Below are positions 12,837 to 25,765 of a stretch of DNA of 64,000 bases, one piece after another. Location of the stretch: assembly GCF_009914755.1 (NCBI RefSeq), contig NC_060928.1; one strand, 5' to 3'. The notes beneath the pieces are model-generated. The model saw only the letters and a program-made list of their open reading frames with translations, did no database searches and had not been told where the DNA came from. Both the position numbers and the translations under genes were made by a program. This DNA is from the human T2T-CHM13v2.0 reference genome, Homo sapiens. Position 1 is the stretch's first letter; each line of letters begins with the position of its first letter.

Positions 12837-15410
12837 CTTTGTGGATTTATCTACCTTTGATCTTTGATGTTGGTGACGTCCAGATAGGGTTTTTGCATGG
12901 GTGTCTTTTCTGTTGATGTTGATGCTATTGTTTTCTGTTTGTTAGTTTTCTTTCTAACAGTCAGGCCCCTCTTCTGCAGGTGTGCTGGAGTTTGCTGGAG
13001 GTCCACTCCAGACCCTGTTTGCCTGGGTATCACCAGCAGAGGTTGCAGAATGGCAAAGATTCCTGCCTGCTCCTTCCCCTGGAAGCTTCGTCCCAGATGG
13101 GAACCCGCCAGATGCCAGCTGGAGCTCTCCTATATGAGGTGTCTGTCTACCCCTGCTGGGAGGTGTCTCCCAGTCAGGAGGCATAGGTGTCAGTGACCCA
13201 CCTGAGGAGTCAGTCTATCCCTTAGCAGAGCTCAAGTGCTGTGCTTGGTGATCCACTGCTCTCTTCAGAGCTGACAGGCAGGAACGTTTAAGTCTGCTGA
13301 AGCTGCGCCCACAGCCGCACCTTCCCCCAGGTGATCTGTCTCAGGGAGATGGAAGTTTCATCTATAAGCCCCTGACTGGGGCTGGTGCTTTTCTTTCAGA
13401 GATGCCCTGCCCAGAGAGGAGGAATCTAGAGAGGCAGTCTGGCTACAGCAGCTTTGCCATGCTGTGGAGGGTTCTACCCAGTTCGAACTTCCTGGCGGCT
13501 TTCTTTACACTGTGAGGGGAAAACTGCCTACTCAAGCCTCAGTAACGGCAGACACCCCTTCCCCCACCAGGTTGGAGCATTCTAGGTTGACTTCAGACTT
13601 CTGTGCTGGCAGTGAGAATTCCAAACCAGTGGTTCTTAACTTGTTGGGCTCCATCAGGGTGGGATCTGCTGAGCGAGACCACTCGGCTCCCTGGCTTTGG
13701 CCCTCTTTCTAGGGGAGTAAATCGTTCTGTCTCACTGGTGTTCCAGGGCAACTGGTGTACAAAAAAAAAAAAAGAAAGAAAGAAAAAAGAAACTCCTGCA
13801 GCTAGCTTGGTGTCTGCCAAAATGGCTGCCTAGTTTTATGCTTGAAACCCAGGGCCCTGGTAGTGTATGCACCTGAGGGAATCTCCTGGTCTGCAGGTTG
13901 TGAAAACCTTGGAAAAAGCATAGCATCTGGGCCAGATAGCACTGTCTCTAATGGCACAGTCCCGCATGGCTTCCCCTGGCTAGTGGAGGGAATTCCCAGA
14001 CCACTTGCACTTCCCAGGTGAAGCAACACCCTACCCTGCCCCTGCTTGCCCTCCGTGGGCTGCATCCACTGTCTAAGCAATCCCAATGAGACAAACTGGG
14101 TACCTCAGTTGGAAATGCAGAAATTACCCACCTTCTGCATTGGTCTCACTGGAAGCTGTAGACTGGGTCTGTTCCTATTCAGTCATTTTGCCAGCCCCTT
14201 GATTATTTCAATTTCTTCAACCAATTCATATAGCCTCCAATGCAAATATACTATGTTTTTGTTTATAAGCAACTTAGAATATGTTATCATATTAATCTCT
14301 TAAACTTGTGGCGTATAAATCAGGTAAGGCTGACTGCACTTGACAAACAATTTAACAGCCTAGCTTAAGACATTTAACTGGGAATTGATAGAACTTGGGT
14401 TCAACCTTACCTTATACTTTCAAGCCTATTCTTATTTGTATTACTTTACAGTTACTAAAAATACTTGGGGATATGTATATTTTTTATGGAAAAGTAATTG
14501 ATTATATCCTTTGACAACTTTAATTATTCTCCCTCAATCAACTATTTCATACACTAAGTCAAGCAACAATTTTGGTTAAACTATTTGACACATGATTGAC
14601 TATTAATCAATTAAGCTGGTGGCTTGTAGACGCAGTTGTAGCAGTGTTAAACTAACAGTCAAAAGCAGTCTTGAATCCAATTGAGTCTCCTTCATCTGCT
14701 TGTATAATACTAGATAATTTCTTACTAAAATATAGTTTATTATAATTATGATATTACAGTTATTATTATGTGTTTGAGGGAAATAATTTCATTGTATATT
14801 TTTTATATTTGTATATTTCTTCAGGTTTTCTCTTCATAATACCTACGTCATCTAGTAGCATAACATAAGGCAGAATCCTTCAAAGGTAAGGAGAGAATCC
14901 TTCACTGAGTTGCGTTAAAAATGTTCATGGCAGAGATATGGTTTATCATTTTGGGCTGTCCTTGGTAAAAGCTATGTTATTATAGTCATCATCACAGTGT
15001 TAAACACGAACTCTGCAGTCCCAAGGTATATCATTCAGTGTGATGTGGTGGATAAACCCCTGCACTATAGGTAAGAGCTGGATGGGGTCTCAGCTCTGGC
15101 ACTAACAAATTATGGGGGAATCTTAGCTTCTCAATCCATAAAACATGCTTCCTGAAAAGTGTGGAGTTTCATCACCTAAAAATTATCTTCTACTTCAACA
15201 GTTCTTTCACTGTAGACTTGTTTGCTTGAGTAAAATCTATTGATTTTATATAAACATGACAAAGGTTCCCTGTTTATTGTTTAAAAACAAGTAAAACAAA
15301 AGTTAGTCCTAATCCTTGTATTGAGAATTTGGGTCCAATCCTAATTAGTTCCTGTGTTTTATGTTCATTAGAATATACACTTGTATTGGTAGTAGTATGA
15401 AGGACTGCTG

Positions 15411-15473
15411 TTAGTTTGGTGCAAAAGTAATTGCAGTTTTTTCCATTAAAAATAATGACAAAACACAGTTATT
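15411..15473. mobile_element. MADE1 fragment
   Basis: ttagtttggtgcaaaagtaattgcagttttt matches the Hsmar1 TIR; second TIR only partial. Confidence 0.75.
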
Positions 15474-16259
15474 CATAATTTACTTTCTTTGTATTTCTTT
15501 TCGTTAACTTTAACATAATATTTCCATGATAAAAAACTATATAGTAGCAAAGTAAAGGTCTCATATTTCACTTTGATGTAAGTAAATATGTGGAACTCTA
15601 TATATATCATAGTAATTTAGAATAAAGGTATCATATTAGATTTTTCACAAGCAAAATAGTTGTAGTACCACTGCAGAACAGTGTTGGCAGTTTAATTCAA
15701 ATACTAACTTTTGTTTTGTTAATTTTAATAAGACATAGAAGCAGCATTAATAATTTAAAAACATATTATATTGCTTATGAAACTATTTAAGCACTTTCAA
15801 ATTGTAATATGACTTTTAGCAGAGTGCTGACCAAGAAATCATCCTCTAAACATTTCTAAGAAAAAAAAAATAATAACAAAAAAACTTATAGTATTACCAA
15901 AATTTTGCAAAAATATTTACAGATTTTACTAGTATGTAAAATTTTTTGCATATCAATCTATTAAATATTAAGAGTATTGAATTTAGTTTACTGTATTATT
16001 TTTAGTTATTTCTACTAAGTCAGTATTTAGAGAGCATTTATCCATGTGCGTATTAGAGAGATTGGGGGATGTCCGAGGACCAAAATAAAGAAAAAAAAGT
16101 GAATGAAGTTTCACTTCTCCTCTTGCCTGTGAAATGTGGTGTCTGAGGAAGAATGAAGATATTCTTACTGTCCATACTCATCATTTTTCAGATGGTTTGT
16201 ATTTTTACAGAGAATGTCATCCTAAGTCTTGAATTATGGTTTCAAAACTATGTCTAAGT

Positions 16260-16650
16260 AGCACTTACCCTAGATATCTCAAATGCCTAGCTTAATATGC
16301 CATAACGTCTCTTCACCATCTTTCCTGAGCTGCTCTTTTTTCATACTTCCTCAAGACAGGCTTTTATTCATGGCATTTCTTCAGCTTAGAGCGTATTTTG
16401 CCCCCAGTATACCCCAAAAGCACAGTTTAATAATTTTTCTTTCAAAAGTTTTCCCCCAATATCATGGCCCCATCTTTTTCTTCCATTCTCTGATCTACCC
16501 TCCTACACAGGAGATAAATATTATATAATTGTCATGTTTATGGCAGACTCACCCTTAATGTAAGTTCCATGAGGGCATGGATTTCATCTCATTTGCCAGC
16601 ATTCAGAACAGTTTTTGATACTGATTGAATATTTTTTAAATAAATAAATG
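16260..16650 (+). mobile_element. L2 3' fragment
   Basis: taagttccatgagggcatggatttc... typical L2 3' end followed by taaataaatg. Confidence 0.5.
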
Positions 16651-16810
16651 TTTGTCTCTTTTTTTGTTCTGGAGAGATACTTTCTTTTACATGCGGTTAT
16701 TATGCTTAGATGCGTAGGGAAATACTAGGTGGTTAACCTAAGTTAACCAGAAATAAATTTTCTGGAGAGTATTTAAGATTATGAAGCATGTATTTCCACA
16801 ATATGCTTCT

Positions 16811-16943
16811 AGAAAAGGGAAGAAAGAAAGGAAGGAAGGAAGGAAGGAAGGAAGGAACGAAGGAAGGAAAGAAGGAAAGAAGGAAGGAAAAGACAGAAGG
16901 AGGGAGGGAGGAAGGGAAGGGAAAGGAAAAAAGGAAGAAGAAG
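16811..16943. repeat. (GGAA)n / GA-rich simple repeat
   Basis: gaaggaaggaaggaaggaagg purine tract. Confidence 0.95.
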
Positions 16944-19494
16944 GCACACTCAAAATTACAGAAACACCACAAATTACATTGTAGTTCTGAAAAGACAGTT
17001 ATCTAACTTCGAATTATCTCTTTGAAATTCGCTAAACTGAAAATGCACGTTTAATATACCCACATAATACCTTGAGTATACAGACGGAATGCTTGGTGTA
17101 ACATTTATTCTTTTTTTCCTCTTAGATTTCACACCCTTGGAAAAAAAAACAAAACCCTAGGAACAAGTGCTAAGTCATTTGATTTACTTCAAATTTCTTT
17201 GCTTTAGGATTATAAATCAGACTCTTATTGTCACTTTAATGCAGAAAGGATTCTTTTGTGTTCATAATATAGATCAAGATGTGATTTAAGTTGAATCTTG
17301 TCAAGGTAACTCCTTTTTAAACTATGAGAAGAGATTTGGCTGTAGCCCAAAACTAATGGGACTCATATTTTATAATAAAAAGCAATATGTTAGTAATAGA
17401 GGCTTTGCTGCTTCTTGCTGTCTCCACAAGCACAAATTCTTGTCAGTTTTCACAGCTAATGCATTTTTTGTCCAGTCATAAGCACTTTTAAAAAGTCTCT
17501 ACTTAATATTGTGGAAGACAGAAATTCTAATTTTCCAAAGGAAGCAGTGAAAATAGAGATCTTAGCCTGGAGGAATAAGATATAAGATGCTTGACTATCA
17601 AAAGAATCCCATTTTGAAAAGACAGACCATCAGAAAGTAGTGTGAATATAAAACTGAACAAATCTTCAAATTGAACATAAAGGGGTGTCACACTTCCAGT
17701 ATCTTTCCTCTTCCCCACATTTTAGAAAGGATCTTTCAACTGATCAAATGTAAAAGATGATAGGAAGTAATTTATATTGTTCACATCTACTATTTAATGA
17801 CTTCTTTGAGAAATGAAAGCTAATTTCACTTGTGTTTGCCATATACTGCAGACACTTGTCACACATTGCATATAGCTCTTGTAAGGGTACTTGTCTGTAG
17901 TGTCGAGTTAAATATTGATATAAAATTATAGCAAAAGTTTCAGGACAACTAGTTACTTAAACTTTTAAACTCTGTGACTTCCAATCTGAAAAAGCCAAAG
18001 GAATATTGCATAGAAAAAAATGCCAGTGTGAGCAATGACTAGTCAAGTGGGAAAAATTAACTTAGAAATTGCTGATTATATTAATAAGTCATCTTCCTAG
18101 AAAACCAAGTCAGTTCTACTTATTAGATTAACAAATTTTATAAAAATAAAAGACTAATTTAATTTAAAACATTGACTTATGGATATTTAACTGATTCTTC
18201 AACTATTACATTGTATGTAAGATTTCCAAAGCTAACATTTGCCTAAAATGATACTTCCTAGATCTTCAAAGAGTTTCAACATTTCAAGGACATTCATATA
18301 ATATTTTAATATTTACTTTTCAATTATGCAAGTGTACTATGCTCCCACTGTTATGCCTTACTTCATGTTTTTTTCCCCTTCGTGGAGGTGTAAAAAATGG
18401 AGGAGAATACTATTCTTTGATGTCAGTGTGGCTGTCTTCAAGAAGTATTATCAGTGGCTTAGTAGCTGGGACTTTTCTTCTTTACTCCTGAGTGCCCCGG
18501 AATAAATTTATTATGTCACAGATAGATTCCTTTTTATTTTTCTCCTTGAAACTTGTGATAATAGTTCTCCTTATTTATATGATCCAATTCCAAGTAGCAA
18601 TTAAGCCGCCTTGAATATTGTAATAAAATCACTTATCTCATCTTTTTTTATTCTTCACAAATTGGTTTGCACAGTAATAGAAGTATCTTTTATAACTTTT
18701 TCATATGAAATCACTGAAGTTCATAAAATTTAAGTAAATGGTAAAGTCAGGATGTAAATGTAGGTCTTGTAACTCTAGTATCCTTTTCTCCTCTCCCAAG
18801 ATTACTTCACATTAATTTTTAAGGCAAAGTTACCAACTTTTTTAGGATCATAAACTTAATAACTAAAGTATCTCTAAGTATTAGCAAGAGGAGTAAAGAT
18901 GAGTCTTAAAGAGAGAAAGTTAATTCCTACAAAAATGTACACATGTGCCTTCTTATTTTCTTATTATGAGAACTATTGTGCCCAATAAAACACTTCAATA
19001 CAACCTGAAACTTTGTTTCAGATTTTCACCTGAACTTTTCTTGAGCATCTCTAGACAGTCACATGCAGAATAACAACTGGGTTTTAGGTAAATAATTTTT
19101 AATATATTATCTAATAAGGGGCATTTAGTGTCATTAACTAGACAGTCTGTTACTAGGACACATAATCATTTTTATAGTCCTAGAATGTTATATTCAATGT
19201 CTTCTTTAGGGCATTTTTATTTTAATTAACTTATTTATATTACTAAGTAATTTTATATTATTTAATTGTTATATTTTATAATTCTTCAAACTTTTAAATT
19301 AGCTGATTTTGTCTTTGAAACCAGTAATTATTATTTAAAAATCATTACTTTTTTTGTTGATCCTAGTTATATGCTAATAATGGAGAAGTATGTGAATAAC
19401 TTTGTATAAGCCCTTTGTTTAGTAAAGTGAAAGAATATCATTCACTTAATTCTGTGTCTTGATTTAACTTTTCTTAATGTGTACTTGTTGTCCA

Positions 19495-20595
19495 TTAATA
19501 TTCTCCCTAAGTAATCTCATCCACTGTCATTGATTCAGCTGCCAAAGATAGGATGAGAACCCTTGAATTTTTATCTTCAATCTAGAACTTGTCTTGAACT
19601 ACAAATTATATGTCTAATGCCTTACTAGATAGTTCTACTTTTATGTCTTAAACACAATTTAAACTAATGGTTTCATAACCCTCCCCCACCTTCCCAACTA
19701 TCCTTCCTCTGCTGTTTTAAAACATATTAAATGATAATTATATACACCAAGTTGTTGAAGCCAGCAGTTTTGGAATCATCCTTGACTCTTCTCTTTTCCT
19801 TACTCTTCCTTCAACAAATGTTATTATTTTGTGTTAATAAAAAATTTAACTTACTAGTTACTCACCAAATGTTAATGATCCACACCCTCTCCATCATTTT
19901 GTCAACTTCTTTTCACCTCCATTGCCGTTGCTGTAAGCCAGACACCCACTGCCCTTTACTGCCCAAACTAGGGATAGAGCCCCTTGGCCTTCTTTATAGT
20001 TCAGATCCAATCTTTCTTTAATCTACACTTTTCCCTGTTACAGAGTCATTGTTTAGAAATGCAAGTCTAATTACACCTTCACCTTACCAAAAACCCTTTA
20101 ATAATTTCCCTTTGCCATTTTTTAGGTGTACCAAGTTCTTAGTATGGAAAAAAGATATCCTACAAAATTTTGTCTCTACACATGTTGAAGTTCATCTCTC
20201 ACCCCTCTCTACTCTCTTACTTATGCTTCAAGCAAATGGAATTACTTTTTTTCATACTGAGACATTAAAACAGGAAATCCTTCTTCCTAGGACTCCTGTT
20301 CACCACCACTACCTCTACACATAGGTAGGTTTACATCATCCTTTGTGTATTAACTAAGATCTCACTTTTTTTTTGTGAATCTCCCCTGAGTAGATAGGGT
20401 GCCTCAGTTAATAATTTCTCTGTATCTCCCTTCATGACATTCATCAAAATTGTAATTATTTGTTTATTGTCTTGATATTTCTCTCTAGGATTTAAATTTC
20501 ATGGAGGAATAGACTATTTTATTCCCTCTGCTAAATTCTTTGTTTCTGTCAGAGGAACAAATAATGCATGCAAGAAGCAATTGAGTAATTGAATA
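19495..20595 (+). mobile_element. L2 fragment (~1.1 kb)
   Basis: ctccctaagtaatctcatccact..., gaatcatccttgactcttctct, ttcatggaggaatagactattt follow L2 consensus order. Confidence 0.7.
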
Positions 20596-21879
20596 CCGTT
20601 TTGATCCTTGACAATTTGTCCACTATACTATCCATTTCTTGAACCATAAAGCCATCTGCTTTGTGGACAAATATACATTAACCTATTTATATCCAAGTTC
20701 TTTACTTTGGGGTAATTAGTGTTCGTCCTTTGATCCTGCCATTCTGTCAACTGTAAATAGTGATTTTCACAAATTTGGGACCCTTCTCAAGTAAGCAAAT
20801 TGTATTTCCTCAATAGTTAAACTAAGCCTTTAACAATTATTTGCCAAATATTTTAAAAATTTATAAAAATAAATTGAATGGGACATGCCAATCTAGAACC
20901 TAAAGATTTTAGAAACCAAATTACAAACTTTTTAATCTCATAAATTGAAGTTATACCTTTATAACCCACACTAATTCCACTTATTTTTTTTTACGACAGC
21001 AGATCCACGTAAGACACTTGCATCCAAGACAAGTCAGAATGATTACATATGAAAGTTTTAATTGCACTGTATGGGGATATTGCTGTGTTGTGAATTAAAT
21101 AAGAATTCATATTTTCTTATTATGGGATTATGATTTGATATTTTCTGTGATCTTGTCAAATATATTCTGCATTCTAATCTCCATTCTGTTACCATGCTAC
21201 AATCTACTGCTATTTATAAATCATTTGGAATTCTTTGTTTGCCATGTAATGTTCAGAAAGGGGAGTGTCACTGACCAGTTCCTTTCAAAAAGGTGTGCAA
21301 TATTGCCACTTATTACCGTTACCATCATGGACTGTGTAACACATGCAATGGATCTGAGCTCATAACTGCTTTAATTCTGATAAAGCAAGAGGCCACAGAG
21401 AGGAAGGATTTTTCACCAGATTAAGTTTTAAGCAGTACTAACTTAAAAGAGTAATAATGCCTAGGAACTCTCAACTTCAAAGTACTTATGGATTTACTTG
21501 AAAAGATGGATATTTTAAAATTTTCTAATCAGAAAGTGTTAGAGAAGATGTGGAGAAAGGAGAACCTCACACCCTGTTGGTGGGAATTTAAATTAGTACA
21601 GCCATTATGGAAATAGTATGGAGGGTCCTCAAAAAATTAAAAATAGAAAAACCATATGATCCAGCAATCCAACTACTGGGTAGATATTGGAAGGGGACAA
21701 AATCAGCATCTCAAAGGTATGCCCATGTTCACTACATCACTATTCACAACAGCCGAGATACAAAAACAATCTAAATGTCCTTCCACATATGAAGGGATAA
21801 AGAAAATGTGGTGTGTATACACAGAGTGGGATAATATTCAGCCACAAAAGAAGGAAATCCTGCCATTTGTGTTAACATA

Positions 21880-22247
21880 TGATATAGTTTGGCTGTACCC
21901 CCACCCGAATCTCATCTTGAATTGTAGTTTCTATAATCCCCACATGTCATGGGAGAGACCCAATGGGAAGTGATCGGATCATGGGGAAGGTTTCCCCCAT
22001 GCTGTTCTTGTGATAGTGAGTGAGTGAGATCTGATGGTTTTATAAGCATCTGGCATCTTCCCTGCTGGCACTTCTCTCTCCTGCCACTGTGTGAAGACGA
22101 ACATGTTTACTTTTCCTTCCACCATGATTCTAAGTTTCCTGAGGACTCTCCAGCCATGTGGAACTGTGAGTCACTTAAATGTCTTTTCTTTATAAATTAT
22201 CTAGTCTTGGATATTTCTTCATAGCAGTGTGAGAATGGACTAATATA
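21880..22247 (+). mobile_element. THE1 (C/D-like) MaLR solo LTR
   Basis: tgatatagtttggctgt...gagaatggactaatata; 5-bp TSD acata/acatg. Confidence 0.9.
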
Positions 22248-22303
22248 ACATGTATGAATAGGAAGGATGTTATGTTAAATAAGCCAGGGACAGAAAACAA
22301 ATA

Positions 22304-23769
<1,466 letters not shown>

Positions 23770-24809
23770 TACCATACTCATATGTGGAATCTAAAAATGT
23801 TGAATTCAGAAGTAGAGAGTAGAATTATGGTTACCAGGGACTGGAGGTTATCGGGGTTTGGGGAGATGTAGATCAAAGGTTACATAGTTTCAGTTAGAGA
23901 AGAGGACTAAATTCAAGAGCTCTATTGTACAACATGGTAACTATAGTTAATGACAATGTATTATATTCTTAAAAATTGATAAGACAGTAGCCTTTAAGTG
24001 TTTGTTTACCACAAAAGAAGTATGTGAGGTAATACATATGTAAATTAGCTTTAGTCATTTTACCATGTATATGTATTTCAAAACATATTCTACACGATAT
24101 ATACAATTTTTATTTGTCAAATAAAAAATAAATTGAAATAAAAAAGAAAATGCATCAATACAGCAAAGCTTGCTAACTTGCCCTAGTACCTATTCTCACA
24201 CCACCCCTTTCCAATCTTGTTTTAGCATGATCCATGGGAATCCGGGTGGAGACTATATTTCCTGGCTTTCCTTGTCTATTCACATGTTACTAAGTTCTCA
24301 CTAATAGAAAATAAGCATCTGCCTTTATGGTAGAGCAATCTGTATTCCTTTGGGTATATACCCAGCAATGGGATTGCAGGGTAGCATGGTAGTTCTATTT
24401 TAAGTTCTTTGAGAAATATCTAAACTGCTTTCTACAGTGGCTGAACCAATTTACATTCCCACCAGCAGTGTATAAATGTTCCCTTTCTCAGAAACCTCAC
24501 AAGCATCTGTCATTTTGACATTTTAGTAATAGCCATTCTGATTGGTGTCAGATGATATCTCACTGAGATTTTGATTTGCATTTATCTAATAATTAGTGAT
24601 GTTGAGCATTTTGTTTCCTATACTTGTTGGTCATATGAATGTCTTCTCTTGAGATGTATCTGCTTATGTCTTCTGCCCATTTTTAAATAGGGTTGTCTGT
24701 TTTTAGCTTGATAATTTGTTTAAGATCCTCATAGATTCTGGATATTAGACCTTTGTCAGGTGCATAGTATGCAAATATTTTTCTCCCATTCTGTAGGTTG
24801 TTTATTTAC

Positions 24810-25174
24810 TCTGTTGATAATTTATTTTGCTGTGTGGAAGCTCTTCAGTTGAATTAGGTCCCACTTGTCAATTTTTGTTTTTGTTAAAATTGCTTTTGGA
24901 GTCTTTGTCATAACATCTTTGCAAGGCCTTTGACCAGAATAGTATTTCTTAGGTTTTCTTCAAGAGTTTTTATAGTTTTAGGTTTTACGTTTTCTGTTGA
25001 TAATTTCTTTTGCTGTGTGGAAGCTCTTCAGTTGAATTAGGTCCCACTTGTCAATTTTCGTTTTTGTTAATATTGCTTTTGGAGGCTTTGTCATAACATC
25101 TTTGCAAGGCCTTTGACCAGAATAGTATTTCCTAAGTTTTTTCGAGAGTTTTTATAGTTTTAGGTTTTACATTT
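24810..25174. repeat. 183-bp tandem duplication within the L1
   Basis: tctgttgataattt...ggttttac(g/a)ttt starts at 24810 and again at 24993. Confidence 0.95.
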
Positions 25175-25291
25175 AAGTCTTTAACCTACCTTGAGTTGAC
25201 TTCTGTGTATGGTGTAAGGAAGGCGTACAGAGTCAATCTTCTTAATGTGGCTAGCCAGTTATCCCAGCACCATTTGTTCAAAATGGAGTCC

Positions 25292-25765
25292 TGTGAGAGA
25301 TCGGTCAGGGTGGTAGGAGAAATTGTAAGAAAAAAGGAAAGATGTGAACCTTCTTGGAAGGCCGGGAGGGTTTGCAAAAGCTTCGAAAGAGGATTTGGCT
25401 GAAGGCAGCCAGATTCTCTTATCAGGAGCCTGAAAGCAAAGGGTAGATAACAAGGGAATGTAAAGGAACTTATCTAGATAAATTTGTTTATTCTGGTCTC
25501 CAGAAACCAACCTGTGATCAATCACATGCAGGACTGCTCTCTACTCAGGGGTCGACACTGTTAATTACCCAAAAACTGTGTTTGCTCCAGGCCTTTGTCA
25601 TTAAATCTCTACTAAATAAATGCAAGCATCACTGCCATGGGGGGCTACTAACTCTCTTCAGCCCCCAGTGCTGGCAGTCCCCTAGCCTGCTCTTTCACTG
25701 GATACCTGTGTCTGAGTACTGCTTTCATCTGTCGCTCGGCCAGAGTCTGCAGGACAGACTTGGCA
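25292..25765 (+). mobile_element. Solo LTR, LTR22-like (HERV-K HML-5)
   Basis: tgtgagagatcggtcagggtggt...ggacagacttggca; 6-bp degenerate TSD gagtcc/gaattc; L1 sequence resumes on both sides. Confidence 0.8.

Larger units (their letters stand above)
8809..14198 (-). mobile_element. L1PA (L1PA7/8-like), 5' end intact, 3' ~1 kb missing
   Basis: 5' UTR begins ggggctggcaaaatgactgaataggaacag on the minus strand; ORF1 and ORF2 remnants; ends within ORF2 with no 3' UTR or poly(A). Confidence 0.95.

Noticed and set aside
13760-13792. A-rich tract inside the L1 5' UTR as a separate retro-insertion tail
   Set aside because: Consistent with expansion of an A-run native to this 5' UTR; no TSD or inserted body
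13400-14100. L1 ORF0
   Set aside because: No recognisable ORF0 peptide among the + strand ORFs; the element is older and diverged
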